Source: a virus
IMG/VR virus record: IMGVR_UViG_3300036945_000847
Span: 5,486 to 69,485 of that record
Direction: 5' to 3' (one strand)
Length of the DNA stretch: 64,000 nucleotides
Part shown: in pieces, positions 47,482-57,038 of the stretch
How the letters are laid out: the number at the start of each line of letters is the position of its first letter
How positions within the stretch are numbered: the first letter of the stretch is position 1
Notes under the pieces: model-generated
What the model was told of the DNA's origin: nothing
The model's database searches: none
The model's input: the letters and a program-made list of their open reading frames with translations, nothing else
Translations under genes and position numbers: made by a program

Positions 47482-47763
47482 ATGAACAAACAAACACTCA
47501 TCAAATCGCTAACCAAAAAATATCCTAACATCGGAATTATGGCTGATGGCAACGGATGGATTCCCAAATCACCAGATTCATTTGTGATCAGTGCTGAGGA
47601 TGGTATCATGGACAGCAGAGGATACGATATGTTTAACTATTGGACTCAGAACTATACTTATTACGAATTCGGAGTAAGTACTGAACTAACTGAATACTTA
47701 GAAAAGAACGGATGGTTTTGCCAATGGGTTAACCCCGGAGTTGTAGCACTGTATAAAAATTAA
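47482..47763 (+). CDS. early hypothetical protein
   Basis: Start MNKQTL; FNYW..YEFGV..L..NGWFCQW.NPG. Confidence 0.55.
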   Translation: MNKQTLIKSLTKKYPNIGIMADGNGWIPKSPDSFVISAEDGIMDSRGYDMFNYWTQNYTYYEFGVSTELTEYLEKNGWFCQWVNPGVVALYKN

Positions 47764-47788
47764 CAAACCAAAAATAAAACACCTAAAA

Positions 47789-48058
47789 ATGAGAATTGAT
47801 ACACTAATCAAACAACTTGAGGAAAAGGGATTTATATTTCCCTCTTGCTTACAATGGACTCCTGCCGACATCAACCTTCGAATGATTGCTATCGGTCAGA
47901 AAGATTCACTTAAAACGATGAGTCAGATGGATAAGAAAATGATTATGGATGACTTCTTTGCGGAATACGAAGATGACATCATAGAATTCATTAATCAAAA
48001 ACTTGAAGACCATCTCGATGCATTGACCCATTATCAACCAGCTAACGAACCATTTTAA
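47789..48058 (+). CDS. hypothetical protein
   Basis: 89-aa ORF with A-rich leader. Confidence 0.55.
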   Translation: MRIDTLIKQLEEKGFIFPSCLQWTPADINLRMIAIGQKDSLKTMSQMDKKMIMDDFFAEYEDDIIEFINQKLEDHLDALTHYQPANEPF

Positions 48059-48060
48059 TT

Positions 48061-48684
48061 ATGAGAGTTTTAGAACTATTTGCGGGTAGCCGATCGATTG
48101 GCAAAGTATGTGATGAATTAGGACATGAGGTGTTCTCCTCTGACTGGACTCCGTTTGAAGGCATTGACTATGCTGTGGATATCAATCAATTTGATACCGA
48201 TAAGGTACCATTCATCCCGGACATGATATGGGCATCTCCTCCTTGTACTACATTCTCTGTTGCTTCTATAGGTAAGCATTGGGATATGAATCGGAGACCC
48301 AAAACTCAAGATGCTATGATGGGCTTGCAAATCCTCAAAAAAACAATTGATATTGTTGAATACTATTTGACATTAAATCCCAACCTTATTTGGTACATCG
48401 AGAATCCTCGTGGTATGATGCGTAAGATAGGTATGTGGGATGAAATACTTCACATCCGTAACACCATTACTTATTGTCAGTATGGCGATACACGAATGAA
48501 ACCTACAGATATCTGGACCAACAATTACCAATGGCAACCCCGCACTGCTTGTAAGAATGGTATGTCTTGCCACATCTCTGCACCTCGAGGTAGTAGAACT
48601 GGTACACAAGGTCTGAAAGGTTCGTACTTACGATCGCAGATACCCTATGAATTGTGTAAGGAGATAATACTTTCAACAAGGTAA
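48061..48684 (+). CDS. short C5-cytosine DNA methyltransferase
   Basis: VLELFAGS, IWASPPCTTFS, IENP, YCQYG...KPTDIW, RSQIP..L. Confidence 0.8.
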   Translation: MRVLELFAGSRSIGKVCDELGHEVFSSDWTPFEGIDYAVDINQFDTDKVPFIPDMIWASPPCTTFSVASIGKHWDMNRRPKTQDAMMGLQILKKTIDIVEYYLTLNPNLIWYIENPRGMMRKIGMWDEILHIRNTITYCQYGDTRMKPTDIWTNNYQWQPRTACKNGMSCHISAPRGSRTGTQGLKGSYLRSQIPYELCKEIILSTR

Positions 48685-48694
48685 TAAAAAAGAT

Positions 48695-49051
48695 ATGGAA
48701 AAAATAATAGAAAGATTGTTAACCGTTGGATATGTTTCATACAACCCATTCACTATGGAAGAAAGAAACCATCGTTACTTAGTATCAACAGATGTATACG
48801 AATTCGATGAGACATCTGTAGATACAATAACTGTAACAGATTATGTTATGAGCAAACATAACGATAGAGATAAACTATATACAGGCGATATGAAATCGAA
48901 TTGTTTTTTGGAAATCGGTGCTGAGAATTTTTTCTACAATATGAGTGTTGATTTATGCTTCGATAATAAACTCCAAGCCTTGAAGGTAGCTCAATCAATC
49001 GGTGCTGATGAAATCTACGATTTGTGGGAAGATAAATTTATCGATGTATGA
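48695..49051 (+). CDS. hypothetical protein
   Basis: 118-aa ORF. Confidence 0.55.
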   Translation: MEKIIERLLTVGYVSYNPFTMEERNHRYLVSTDVYEFDETSVDTITVTDYVMSKHNDRDKLYTGDMKSNCFLEIGAENFFYNMSVDLCFDNKLQALKVAQSIGADEIYDLWEDKFIDV

Positions 49052-49329
49052 GCAGTTTTAATGTTTTGGTGGAGACTACCTTGTTCAATAAATTACTGAC
49101 CAAGTTCAAGACCAGAAAGGCAACAACAGATGCAATCTCATTACGATTGGAACAGATGCTCAGAATGGAGCGCAGAAAAGTAATCATGGGTGAGACCACA
49201 GATACAAAAGTAACTGATGTGGAAGTTCATGTACCCGATTACCTATCTCCATATGTGAACGAGTATTGCATCAACAGAAACATAAGCAAGGCAGAACTGA
49301 TAAAAAAGATAATAACAAGAATGTTATGA
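49048..49329 (+). CDS. ribbon-helix-helix-like protein
   Basis: V.VP..L...VNEYC..RNISKAELI; coupled to the recombinase. Confidence 0.5.
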   Translation: MSSFNVLVETTLFNKLLTKFKTRKATTDAISLRLEQMLRMERRKVIMGETTDTKVTDVEVHVPDYLSPYVNEYCINRNISKAELIKKIITRML

Positions 49330-50018
49330 AAGCAGTAGGATACATCCGGGTGAGTACGGATATGCAAGCAGATAAAGGTACATCCCTTGATAACCAGATA
49401 GCACGCATTAAGGAATATGCTAAGGAAAAGGGGTTTACATTGGAAAATATCTTCCAAGATGCGGGTTATAGTGGAAGAAATACCAACAGACCTGGCTTCC
49501 AAGCCATGTTCAGCAGATTAAGGCAAGGTGGTGTGAATGCTGTTATAGTATGGCACAGCACACGTTTTGCTCGTAATTTGAAAGACAATATCATCCACAT
49601 GGCTGAGTTGGAACATCGTAAGATTAAATTCTATTCGATTGAAGAACCAATGATGTCGGGTTCGTCAGGTAAAGCGATGCGCAACTTGATGGCCGTATTT
49701 GCCGAATACCAATCAGATGTCACTGGTGACCATACACGATCGGTTAAGGCGAATTTAAAAAAGACTTTGAAGGTCTACTGCCCATACCCACCGCTTGGCT
49801 TTTCCAATAAGGATGGAGAACTCCAAGTAGATTGTGAGAGTATGCGCATTGTGGATCAAATTACCCACTTTTATGCAAGTGGTTTATCATTACATTCAAT
49901 CGCCCAAGAACTTAATAACCAAGGTTTGACTGGTTCTAAGGGTGGTAAGTTTTATACATCAACAATTCAAAAAATAATTAACAACCCTATATATGAAATA
50001 CATAGAAACAAAAATTAA
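49326..50018 (+). CDS. serine recombinase (resolvase domain plus recombinase-like C-terminus)
   Basis: GYIRVSTDMQ, SL.NQ, D.GYSG....RPGF, RFARN; start MKAVG. Confidence 0.85.
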   Translation: MKAVGYIRVSTDMQADKGTSLDNQIARIKEYAKEKGFTLENIFQDAGYSGRNTNRPGFQAMFSRLRQGGVNAVIVWHSTRFARNLKDNIIHMAELEHRKIKFYSIEEPMMSGSSGKAMRNLMAVFAEYQSDVTGDHTRSVKANLKKTLKVYCPYPPLGFSNKDGELQVDCESMRIVDQITHFYASGLSLHSIAQELNNQGLTGSKGGKFYTSTIQKIINNPIYEIHRNKN

Positions 50019-50328
50019 CAGAGAGAAAAAACAAACTATTCTTGAGACAATAGAAGATGTAACAGGTGTTCCAAGAGAATACTTTGAATTCAAGAGAACC
50101 CGTAAGCCCGAAGAAGTTTTGCTGAGAACATTGTATGTCTATATGCTAAAAAAGACTACGGGATGGTCGCTGAATCAGATTGCCTATGCTGTAGGCTTGA
50201 AGGATCACACTGGTCCAATGGTTGCCTTAAGAAACATAGATGATTGGATGAGCGTACCGCAAGCTCACAAAGAAAAAATTGAACTGCTAACCCTAATAGA
50301 ACAAGAATATGCAAAACGAAATAGTTGA
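49993..50328 (+). CDS. DnaA C-terminal-like HTH protein
   Basis: KRTR..EV..R....Y.L....SLNQIA..VG.KDHT. Confidence 0.65.
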   Translation: MKYIETKINREKKQTILETIEDVTGVPREYFEFKRTRKPEEVLLRTLYVYMLKKTTGWSLNQIAYAVGLKDHTGPMVALRNIDDWMSVPQAHKEKIELLTLIEQEYAKRNS

Positions 50329-50620
50329 TCTCTTCGAGTACATCCTCGACCAGATAGAACCAAGATGGAGAACCAATGAGGCAGTAGTGGAAACATTGGA
50401 GAAAATCAAAGAAGGTAAGAACAAACGATTTACTCCTCCCGCATTGCATGAAGTTGCTTTAGAACTCAAGAGGCAGAATGTTCGCCATCCCAACGCACAA
50501 GCAGATAAGTTTTGGAACTTTTACGAATCTAAGAATTGGATGATTGGTAAGAATAAGATGAAGAATTGGAAAGCTGCCATCAAAACTTGGAACTTTGATA
50601 AAGATAATTTAATACTATAG
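50309..50620 (+). CDS. replication-organiser C-terminal-domain-like protein
   Basis: FTPP...EV, KFWNFYESKNW.IGKNKMKNWKAA..TW. Confidence 0.65.
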   Translation: MQNEIVDLFEYILDQIEPRWRTNEAVVETLEKIKEGKNKRFTPPALHEVALELKRQNVRHPNAQADKFWNFYESKNWMIGKNKMKNWKAAIKTWNFDKDNLIL

Positions 50621-50707
50621 TGAAAAATAAAGTAAAATCTATTATAATTGCATTTACATTTATATTCACCCTTGGTAGTTACCACATAGCGATAAAAAAG
50701 ATAGAAA

Positions 50708-51211
50708 ATGAAATACATAGTAAATACAAATGATTTAGATGTTCGAGAATTCAAAACGAACTATACCAAACGCATATTGCTTTACGGCTTGGTTACTATG
50801 CTGGTCGGTTGTAATATATATTTATTTGGTCGTAAGGAATCCATAAAAGTGATATACAAAAAATGGACAGCGATTGATACTGTGAGTGTTGATTTACCCA
50901 TCGATGAACTCGCCTGGACCAACTACTTAGTGGAGCAAGGTTGTGTACTGCCGAATATCTGCATCGCCCAAGCCAAAGTAGAGAGTGGGTTCTGTAAAAG
51001 TAATGTGGCGAAGAAGGCTCACAATCCATTTGGTATTACCTACCATAAATGCAACTATGTAGATGGCAAACATGGTGTATATGCCAACTATAAGACTTGG
51101 AAGGATGCCATCCGGTGCTACATACACATTCAAGACAATTACTTAAAAAATATAAACGGAAAATATGCAACAGATCCAAATTATGTTCAAGCCATTAAAA
51201 ATGTTAAGTAA
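50708..51211 (+). CDS. membrane-anchored glucosaminidase (GH73-like)
   Basis: N-terminal TM; IAQA.VESG, NPFGI, YATDPNY. Confidence 0.75.
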   Translation: MKYIVNTNDLDVREFKTNYTKRILLYGLVTMLVGCNIYLFGRKESIKVIYKKWTAIDTVSVDLPIDELAWTNYLVEQGCVLPNICIAQAKVESGFCKSNVAKKAHNPFGITYHKCNYVDGKHGVYANYKTWKDAIRCYIHIQDNYLKNINGKYATDPNYVQAIKNVK

Positions 51212-51427
51212 GTTATTCGCCAAGGAAGAAATGCCAGAGGCACAACCTTACGTATTTGAGTACGATAGACCAGTACCAAATTTCAATGAATTCACACAAA
51301 ATTTAATCAAACACAGATATGACACCAAACGACATTCAACAACTGATGAATTTGCTCCACAGACTTCAAAGAGAGGTAGAGCAGTTAAGGGAACAAATTA
51401 AAAGATTAGAAGAAAAAATAGAACTTT

Positions 51428-51655
51428 ATGAAGGCGATACTGGAATTCAACTTGCCGGAGGATAATAACGAATTTACTTTGGCTGTTAACGCATCCAAGT
51501 GGTATAGTTTAGCGTGGGAATTAGATCAGCACTTACGGTCTCAGACCAAGTACGCTCCTGATTCCATGCCCGATGAATACCACAAGGCTCTTAAGGATAC
51601 ACGAAAGAAATTGTATGAGATACTCAATGAGGAAGGCTTGCTATTTAACTTATGA
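51428..51655 (+). CDS. MKAILEFNLPED-family small phage protein
   Basis: Characteristic N-terminus and ..DQHLR...KY. Confidence 0.6.
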   Translation: MKAILEFNLPEDNNEFTLAVNASKWYSLAWELDQHLRSQTKYAPDSMPDEYHKALKDTRKKLYEILNEEGLLFNL

Positions 51656-51805
51656 ACGCTAGAGTAGTTAAGGCCACAGTTAACAGAGTAGATGTGTGGC
51701 GAGTGTATTACAACCAAGAATTATTCGCCACGTTTGATACGGAGTATTCTGCTCGGTTATGTGCTGATTACTTAAATGAGAACTATTAATAACAAAACAC
51801 AAAAT

Positions 51806-52426
51806 ATGAAGAACAAAGTTGAACTATTGGGCTACTATGGTAGCGACCAAGTAATAGCACAGTCCGCTTGGACATCTACATCTCGTGAGTTAAGCGAGGA
51901 CAAATTAGCACGCATCCCTAAGTTGATCGAGATGCTGTGGACAGAGGGCCACGAGACACCATTCGAGAAAGGTAGCGTACACTTCTTGGTAACGTGCGAC
52001 ATCGCATCACACATTCATCTGCTGAAGCACCGGATCGCATCAATCAATGCCGAGTCGGCCAGGTACAAGGAGTTGAAGGAGGACAAGTTTTATTTGCCAG
52101 AGGATTGGAGTGGTACACACTGGGATGCTATGTTGTACGCAAAAACAATTGAGATGAATGGTCTTTACCATAAATGCCTTGAAGAGTTAACGCCTGTGCT
52201 TGGTCGCAAGAGAGCCAAGGAGAGTGCACGATTCTTCAAGACATACAACTCTCAGATAACCGCTGATGTGCAATTCAATATGCGTTCATTTGCTAACTTT
52301 CTTAAACTTCGGGCCTCAGAGCACGCACAGGTCGAGATACGAGACATCGCATGGGAGATGTTACTACTGGTACAGGGCATCGAGGGAAACCCATTCAAGC
52401 ACACACTTAAAATGATAAAACCATGA
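51806..52426 (+). CDS. thyX: flavin-dependent thymidylate synthase
   Basis: GHETPFE, KHRIASINAESARY, NMRS..NFL.LR...HAQ.EIR. Confidence 0.9.
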   Translation: MKNKVELLGYYGSDQVIAQSAWTSTSRELSEDKLARIPKLIEMLWTEGHETPFEKGSVHFLVTCDIASHIHLLKHRIASINAESARYKELKEDKFYLPEDWSGTHWDAMLYAKTIEMNGLYHKCLEELTPVLGRKRAKESARFFKTYNSQITADVQFNMRSFANFLKLRASEHAQVEIRDIAWEMLLLVQGIEGNPFKHTLKMIKP

Positions 52427-52647
52427 CACCACAAGAGAAAGCAAACGAATTAGTACATAAAATGCAACTAGATTGGGGGTGTAATTGCTGCCACAATGAT
52501 TGGGTAAAAGAATGTGCGGGGATTGCGGTTGAGGAATTAATAATGGCACACAATAAAATGAAAGATTTTTTATTTGATGAAATTGGGTATTTAATTACTA
52601 CCCCCGATTATTGGCAACAAGTAAAAAAAGAAATAGAAAAACTATGA
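52423..52647 (+). CDS. MTP.EKA-family small protein
   Basis: MTPQEKANEL..YWQQVKKEIEKL. Confidence 0.6.
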   Translation: MTPQEKANELVHKMQLDWGCNCCHNDWVKECAGIAVEELIMAHNKMKDFLFDEIGYLITTPDYWQQVKKEIEKL

Positions 52648-54574
52648 TACTAAGAGTTAAACACAAAGACACCGAGATTGAAATTGATGACAATAATGGT
52701 GAAACAACCATCAAATATTCAACTAGCGAATTAATTAAAATGCTTGAAAAAATGTCACTAGAAATTCAAGCAATAGAAAACAACTATAATCAAATAACAT
52801 ACGAAAATGAAACAAACTAGCAAAGAGTGGTTAGAAGATATAGGAACAATTATCGCTCAACCAAAACCAAAAAAAATAGTAGGATGGTATTGCTTATCAA
52901 GTAAGATTAAAGTAAATACTATTGCATTTGTTACATATAGTAAGCCTAACTTTATTAAAAGATTCTTTATGAGAACCTTACTAGACTTTTATTGGGTTAA
53001 AGACACAAACAATGACAAACAATAAACAACAAACGGCATTACAAGAGCATATTGCATGGCTCAAAAAACAATTACAACAATGTATTGATGATGGATATTC
53101 AAGTAGTTGGATTTACGCTTACCAATTAGCAATTGACAATGCTGAATTAATGCTTGATGTGGAAAAAAAGCAAATAAAGGAAGCAGTTTGGAGAAATTTG
53201 CCTATTGAAGATGGGGTAATGACTGCGGTACAAAAAGCCGAACACTACTACAACGAAACATACGGAGGAGGTAAGCAATGAAACTATACACAGAAGAAGA
53301 AGTAGTAAGAGCAATTGAATTAAGTGATGGCCGTTCAACAGATGAAGTATTGGCAGGATTAACACCCATTGAACTACCAACTGATAAGGAAATAAGGGAA
53401 GTTATTCAACCATTCCAAAATGAAATGGACGATTTTGATTTGGGATTTAGAAATGGTGTACAATGGTTAAGAGAAAAAATACAAGGAGGTGAGCAATGAG
53501 CAACGAAATGGCATCTATTTTAATAATAACAATATCAATAGGCACAATGAAAATATCTTATTGGTTAAAAGAAATTTGTAAAATTTTAAGAGATAAAGCA
53601 AATGACAAACAATAAACAACTGACGGCAGTGGACATTATCTATCAGGGGATGAGTGATAAAATAGTTATGCAAGATGTAAACAAAGCATTAATTTGTATT
53701 CATATTTCACATGACGATTTTATCAAACTACATAGACAAGCCAAAGAAATGGAGAAGGAAAAACACGAAAAATTCAACAAGTTTCTTAACGATGAAAAGC
53801 AATTGAAAATCTCTAATTTGAAAACAATAGAAAGAATACAATGGTATTACAACATTTATTTTAACGAAACCTACGGAGGAACCAAGCAATGAAACTATTC
53901 ACACAACATCAATTGCTAAACACTGCCGAGGCAATCAAAAATTACTACGAGAATAATCCAGATACTGCACAAGAAATGGTAAAAAACATCTTATGAATTT
54001 GGCACCCGTTACCACAAAAAGAACTCTCATCATCTACAATACCAAAGAAACAACGGAAGAAGAAGCAAGGCATCTATTAGAGATTCTAAATTGTGATGAT
54101 TCAACTTTATGGGATAACGCAGACCATTGCGGAGTTCAAGTAATTGAAGTACCATTAACCTACGGAGGATGTGAGCAATGATTAGGATAGTGGTACACGA
54201 TAAGCAATGGTTCATTGACAGGATAGGCAAAAGGGTATACAGGGAAAACAATATCTGTAACTGTAAGGTTTGCGTTAATGTACACGAACATGGCTTAATC
54301 ATCACCGATGAACAACACGCAATTTATTTATATGATTGCCAAGAATTAGATTTAATTTATTACGATAAAAAGGAGGTGAGCAATGAAAAGTAAAAACTTA
54401 GCGGTGCTATTAACAGCATTATTTATTTTGATCACCTTTGCGATTGTAGTTGCGCACACTCTTGAAGAAGGGGTTGCCATTGTATGCTTGGTCTCATTGG
54501 CTTTTATTCTTTTTTATGGTTTATTATCTTCCATGCACGAACTAATTAAACTTACAAGAGATGAGCAAGATTGA
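52644..54574 (+). other. array of about 10 tightly overlapping small ORFs joined by repeated junction sequences
   Basis: ORFs 52644-52820, 52807-53025, 53012-53281, 53278-53499, 53496-53615, 53602-53892, 53889-53996, 53993-54181, 54178-54393, 54383-54574. Confidence 0.65.
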
Positions 54575-54854
54575 ACAGACTACAATACACCTAGCAGAGC
54601 CACACTATAAACTGACTCGTGAGGATGATGAGTTGGTTAAGTATTCTAACGATGTGATGTGGCTAGAGTGGAACGAAGAAGGTCACTGGAAGGATAGACA
54701 TAGCGAGCCAGCGGTGGGTCGATCTCTACTGATGTCTCCCTTTAACGATGCTTTTACGTGGATGACTACAGAAATCACAGAGATACTGCATGAAGATGCT
54801 AATTTCATCAGATTTAAAACTAAGAACAGCACCTACAGACTATGCAAGATTTAG
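54561..54854 (+). CDS. hypothetical protein
   Basis: P.VGRSL, WMTTEITEI, FKTKNSTY.L pattern. Confidence 0.55.
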   Translation: MSKIEQTTIHLAEPHYKLTREDDELVKYSNDVMWLEWNEEGHWKDRHSEPAVGRSLLMSPFNDAFTWMTTEITEILHEDANFIRFKTKNSTYRLCKI

Positions 54855-55012
54855 ATTTGTACGGACTCACGCCAAGACAGTATGCTGTACTCATTCTCCG
54901 GGATGAATTGAAATACTCTTGGGAGAAATGTGGTCGTAGATTGGGTATCAGCCGTTACGCAGCACGGGAATTGTTCAAGAGGGCAATGATGAAGGAGTAT
55001 GAGAAGGGATGA
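54842..55012 (+). CDS. 56-aa sigma-region-4-like HTH protein
   Basis: Hand translation LTPRQYAVLILR...SWEKCGRRLGISR. Confidence 0.55.
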   Translation: MQDLDLYGLTPRQYAVLILRDELKYSWEKCGRRLGISRYAARELFKRAMMKEYEKG

Positions 55013-55144
55013 TGTTTATAGATTGGTGTTGTTTGTTATGTATTTAACTTTTATATTTGCCATTTACTATAGCACAATGTTCCAAACCTTTATTGTTTTA
55101 CTAATAACCATAGCAGTAACTACCATAGCATATAAACTAATAAA

Positions 55145-56881
55145 ATGAACGCAGATAAGTTAATCAAAATCGGGATAGACCTTAGAAACAAATGGAGCGG
55201 AGAAGTTAAGACTACTTGCCCTAAATGTGCCCACCAAAGAAAGAAGAAGAACGATCCATCCTTAGGCGTTAATATAGACGATGGGGTATGGAAGTGTCAC
55301 CATTGTGGTTGGAGTGGCTCAGTGAACCAGTATGTAAGGCCTGAGGCCCGTCCTCAAGTTACAACTGATGGTATCTTCTCCTACTTTACCAAGAGAGCTA
55401 TTTTACCTGAGACCGTAACTAAATTCCAAATCAGCGAGGGTGTGGAGTGGATGCCTCAAGACCAAAAGGAGCACAAGGTTATCTGCTTCAACTATTTTCT
55501 CGAGGACGATTTGATTAACATCAAGTTCAAGACATCCGATAAGATGTTCAAGATGGTTAAGGATGCTCGCAAGATTCCTTACAACATCAATTCGATTAAG
55601 GATAAGGACTATGTAATTATCTGCGAAGGTGAGGAAGAATGCATGGTGTGGGATCAGTCTGGTCATTCCTCTGCTGTATCTGTACCCAATGGTGCTAGTA
55701 AGAACAATAATAATCTAGAGTGGTTGGATGCTGTATACGATATGTTTGAGGGCAAGATTATCTATTTGGCCACAGATAACGATGAGCCAGGCCGTAAGTT
55801 GGGTGAAGACTTAGCCCGTAGGTTTGATGCTTCGGACATACGCATCATTCGTTTTCCAGAAGGGCAGAAGGATGCTAACGATTGTCTTAAGGCATTTGGT
55901 GGTCTGTTTGTGTCTCGCTTATTTCAAGATGCGGAACACTTGCCAGTAGCAGAGATATCCTCGGCATCTGATTATAGGTCCCTCATTGAATCCTATTATG
56001 AGAGTGGTTATCCCGTAGGTTCTTTAGTCGATATGTCTGAGACCGATAACCATTTGTCTTGGAATCGTGGCGAGTTAGTAGTAGTTACGGGCATCCCTGG
56101 TAGCGGTAAGAGTACGTGGTTAGACTTTATGTTTATTCGCCTCGCTTACTTGAAAGGATGGAAGTTTGGTATGTTTAGTCCCGAGAACATCGCCCCATTG
56201 AAAATTACACGTATGACCGAGCAGTTGATGGGTAAGGGGATGAAGCAGATGAATAGAACAGAACTTGATCGTGGTATCTCAATCATCGATAAGCACTTTT
56301 GGTTTTACAATGTGGAGACCATGGAGGACTATAGTCTAACCGCCTTGCTGAAGATTGCAGCTACAATGGTCAAGCGCAACGGAATCGATTGTCTGTGCTT
56401 AGATCCTTTCAACTACATCGAGCAAGATAGTTCGGATGAAAGCAGTAATGAGAAGATTGGTAATCTATTGCGCAAGTTGAAACAATTTGCAGTTAAATAT
56501 AATGTGAATGTAACCTTGGTGGCTCACCCCCGGAAGATGGATAAGACCTCTGCTGGTTACAATGTACCAAGGCTCTATGATATTTCGGGCTCACACCACT
56601 TCTTTAACGTACCCGATGTGGGTATCGCTGTTCACCGTACCTTTGAGAACGGACAGAAAGACCCCGTAGAAGTACACGTACAGAAAATCAAATACCATTT
56701 TCGTGGTAAGTTAGGTCGCATCGACTATGAGTTCAATAGAGATAGCGGTCAGTACTCAGAGGATGGTGTATTTCAAAACTTATTAAATAAACCATATGAT
56801 ACTGAAACTATTGCTGAAGATTTGTTCAGCTCACCACAAGCATGGGGAAGAGGTAGTGGAATTCAACCTGAACCCCATTGA
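55145..56881 (+). CDS. T7 gp4/Twinkle-like primase-helicase
   Basis: Zn finger CPKC..CHHC, TOPRIM ICEGE and DND..G, Walker A GIPGSGKS, LVAHPRK, DISGS. Confidence 0.9.
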   Translation: MNADKLIKIGIDLRNKWSGEVKTTCPKCAHQRKKKNDPSLGVNIDDGVWKCHHCGWSGSVNQYVRPEARPQVTTDGIFSYFTKRAILPETVTKFQISEGVEWMPQDQKEHKVICFNYFLEDDLINIKFKTSDKMFKMVKDARKIPYNINSIKDKDYVIICEGEEECMVWDQSGHSSAVSVPNGASKNNNNLEWLDAVYDMFEGKIIYLATDNDEPGRKLGEDLARRFDASDIRIIRFPEGQKDANDCLKAFGGLFVSRLFQDAEHLPVAEISSASDYRSLIESYYESGYPVGSLVDMSETDNHLSWNRGELVVVTGIPGSGKSTWLDFMFIRLAYLKGWKFGMFSPENIAPLKITRMTEQLMGKGMKQMNRTELDRGISIIDKHFWFYNVETMEDYSLTALLKIAATMVKRNGIDCLCLDPFNYIEQDSSDESSNEKIGNLLRKLKQFAVKYNVNVTLVAHPRKMDKTSAGYNVPRLYDISGSHHFFNVPDVGIAVHRTFENGQKDPVEVHVQKIKYHFRGKLGRIDYEFNRDSGQYSEDGVFQNLLNKPYDTETIAEDLFSSPQAWGRGSGIQPEPH

Positions 56882-57038
56882 TTATGAAAAATCTAAACAC
56901 ATTGATTTCATTTACAGAGGAAAAAAAATTAACTTTGTGTGCGACCATTGGGTAAAAATAGATAAGCATTATTATAGAGAAATCAATTCATCAGAAGGAT
57001 ACATATACATTAGCACCTTAACTTATAGACTAAAATGA
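56796..57038 (+). CDS. hypothetical protein
   Basis: 80-aa ORF coupled to the polymerase start. Confidence 0.4.
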   Translation: MILKLLLKICSAHHKHGEEVVEFNLNPIDYEKSKHIDFIYRGKKINFVCDHWVKIDKHYYREINSSEGYIYISTLTYRLK

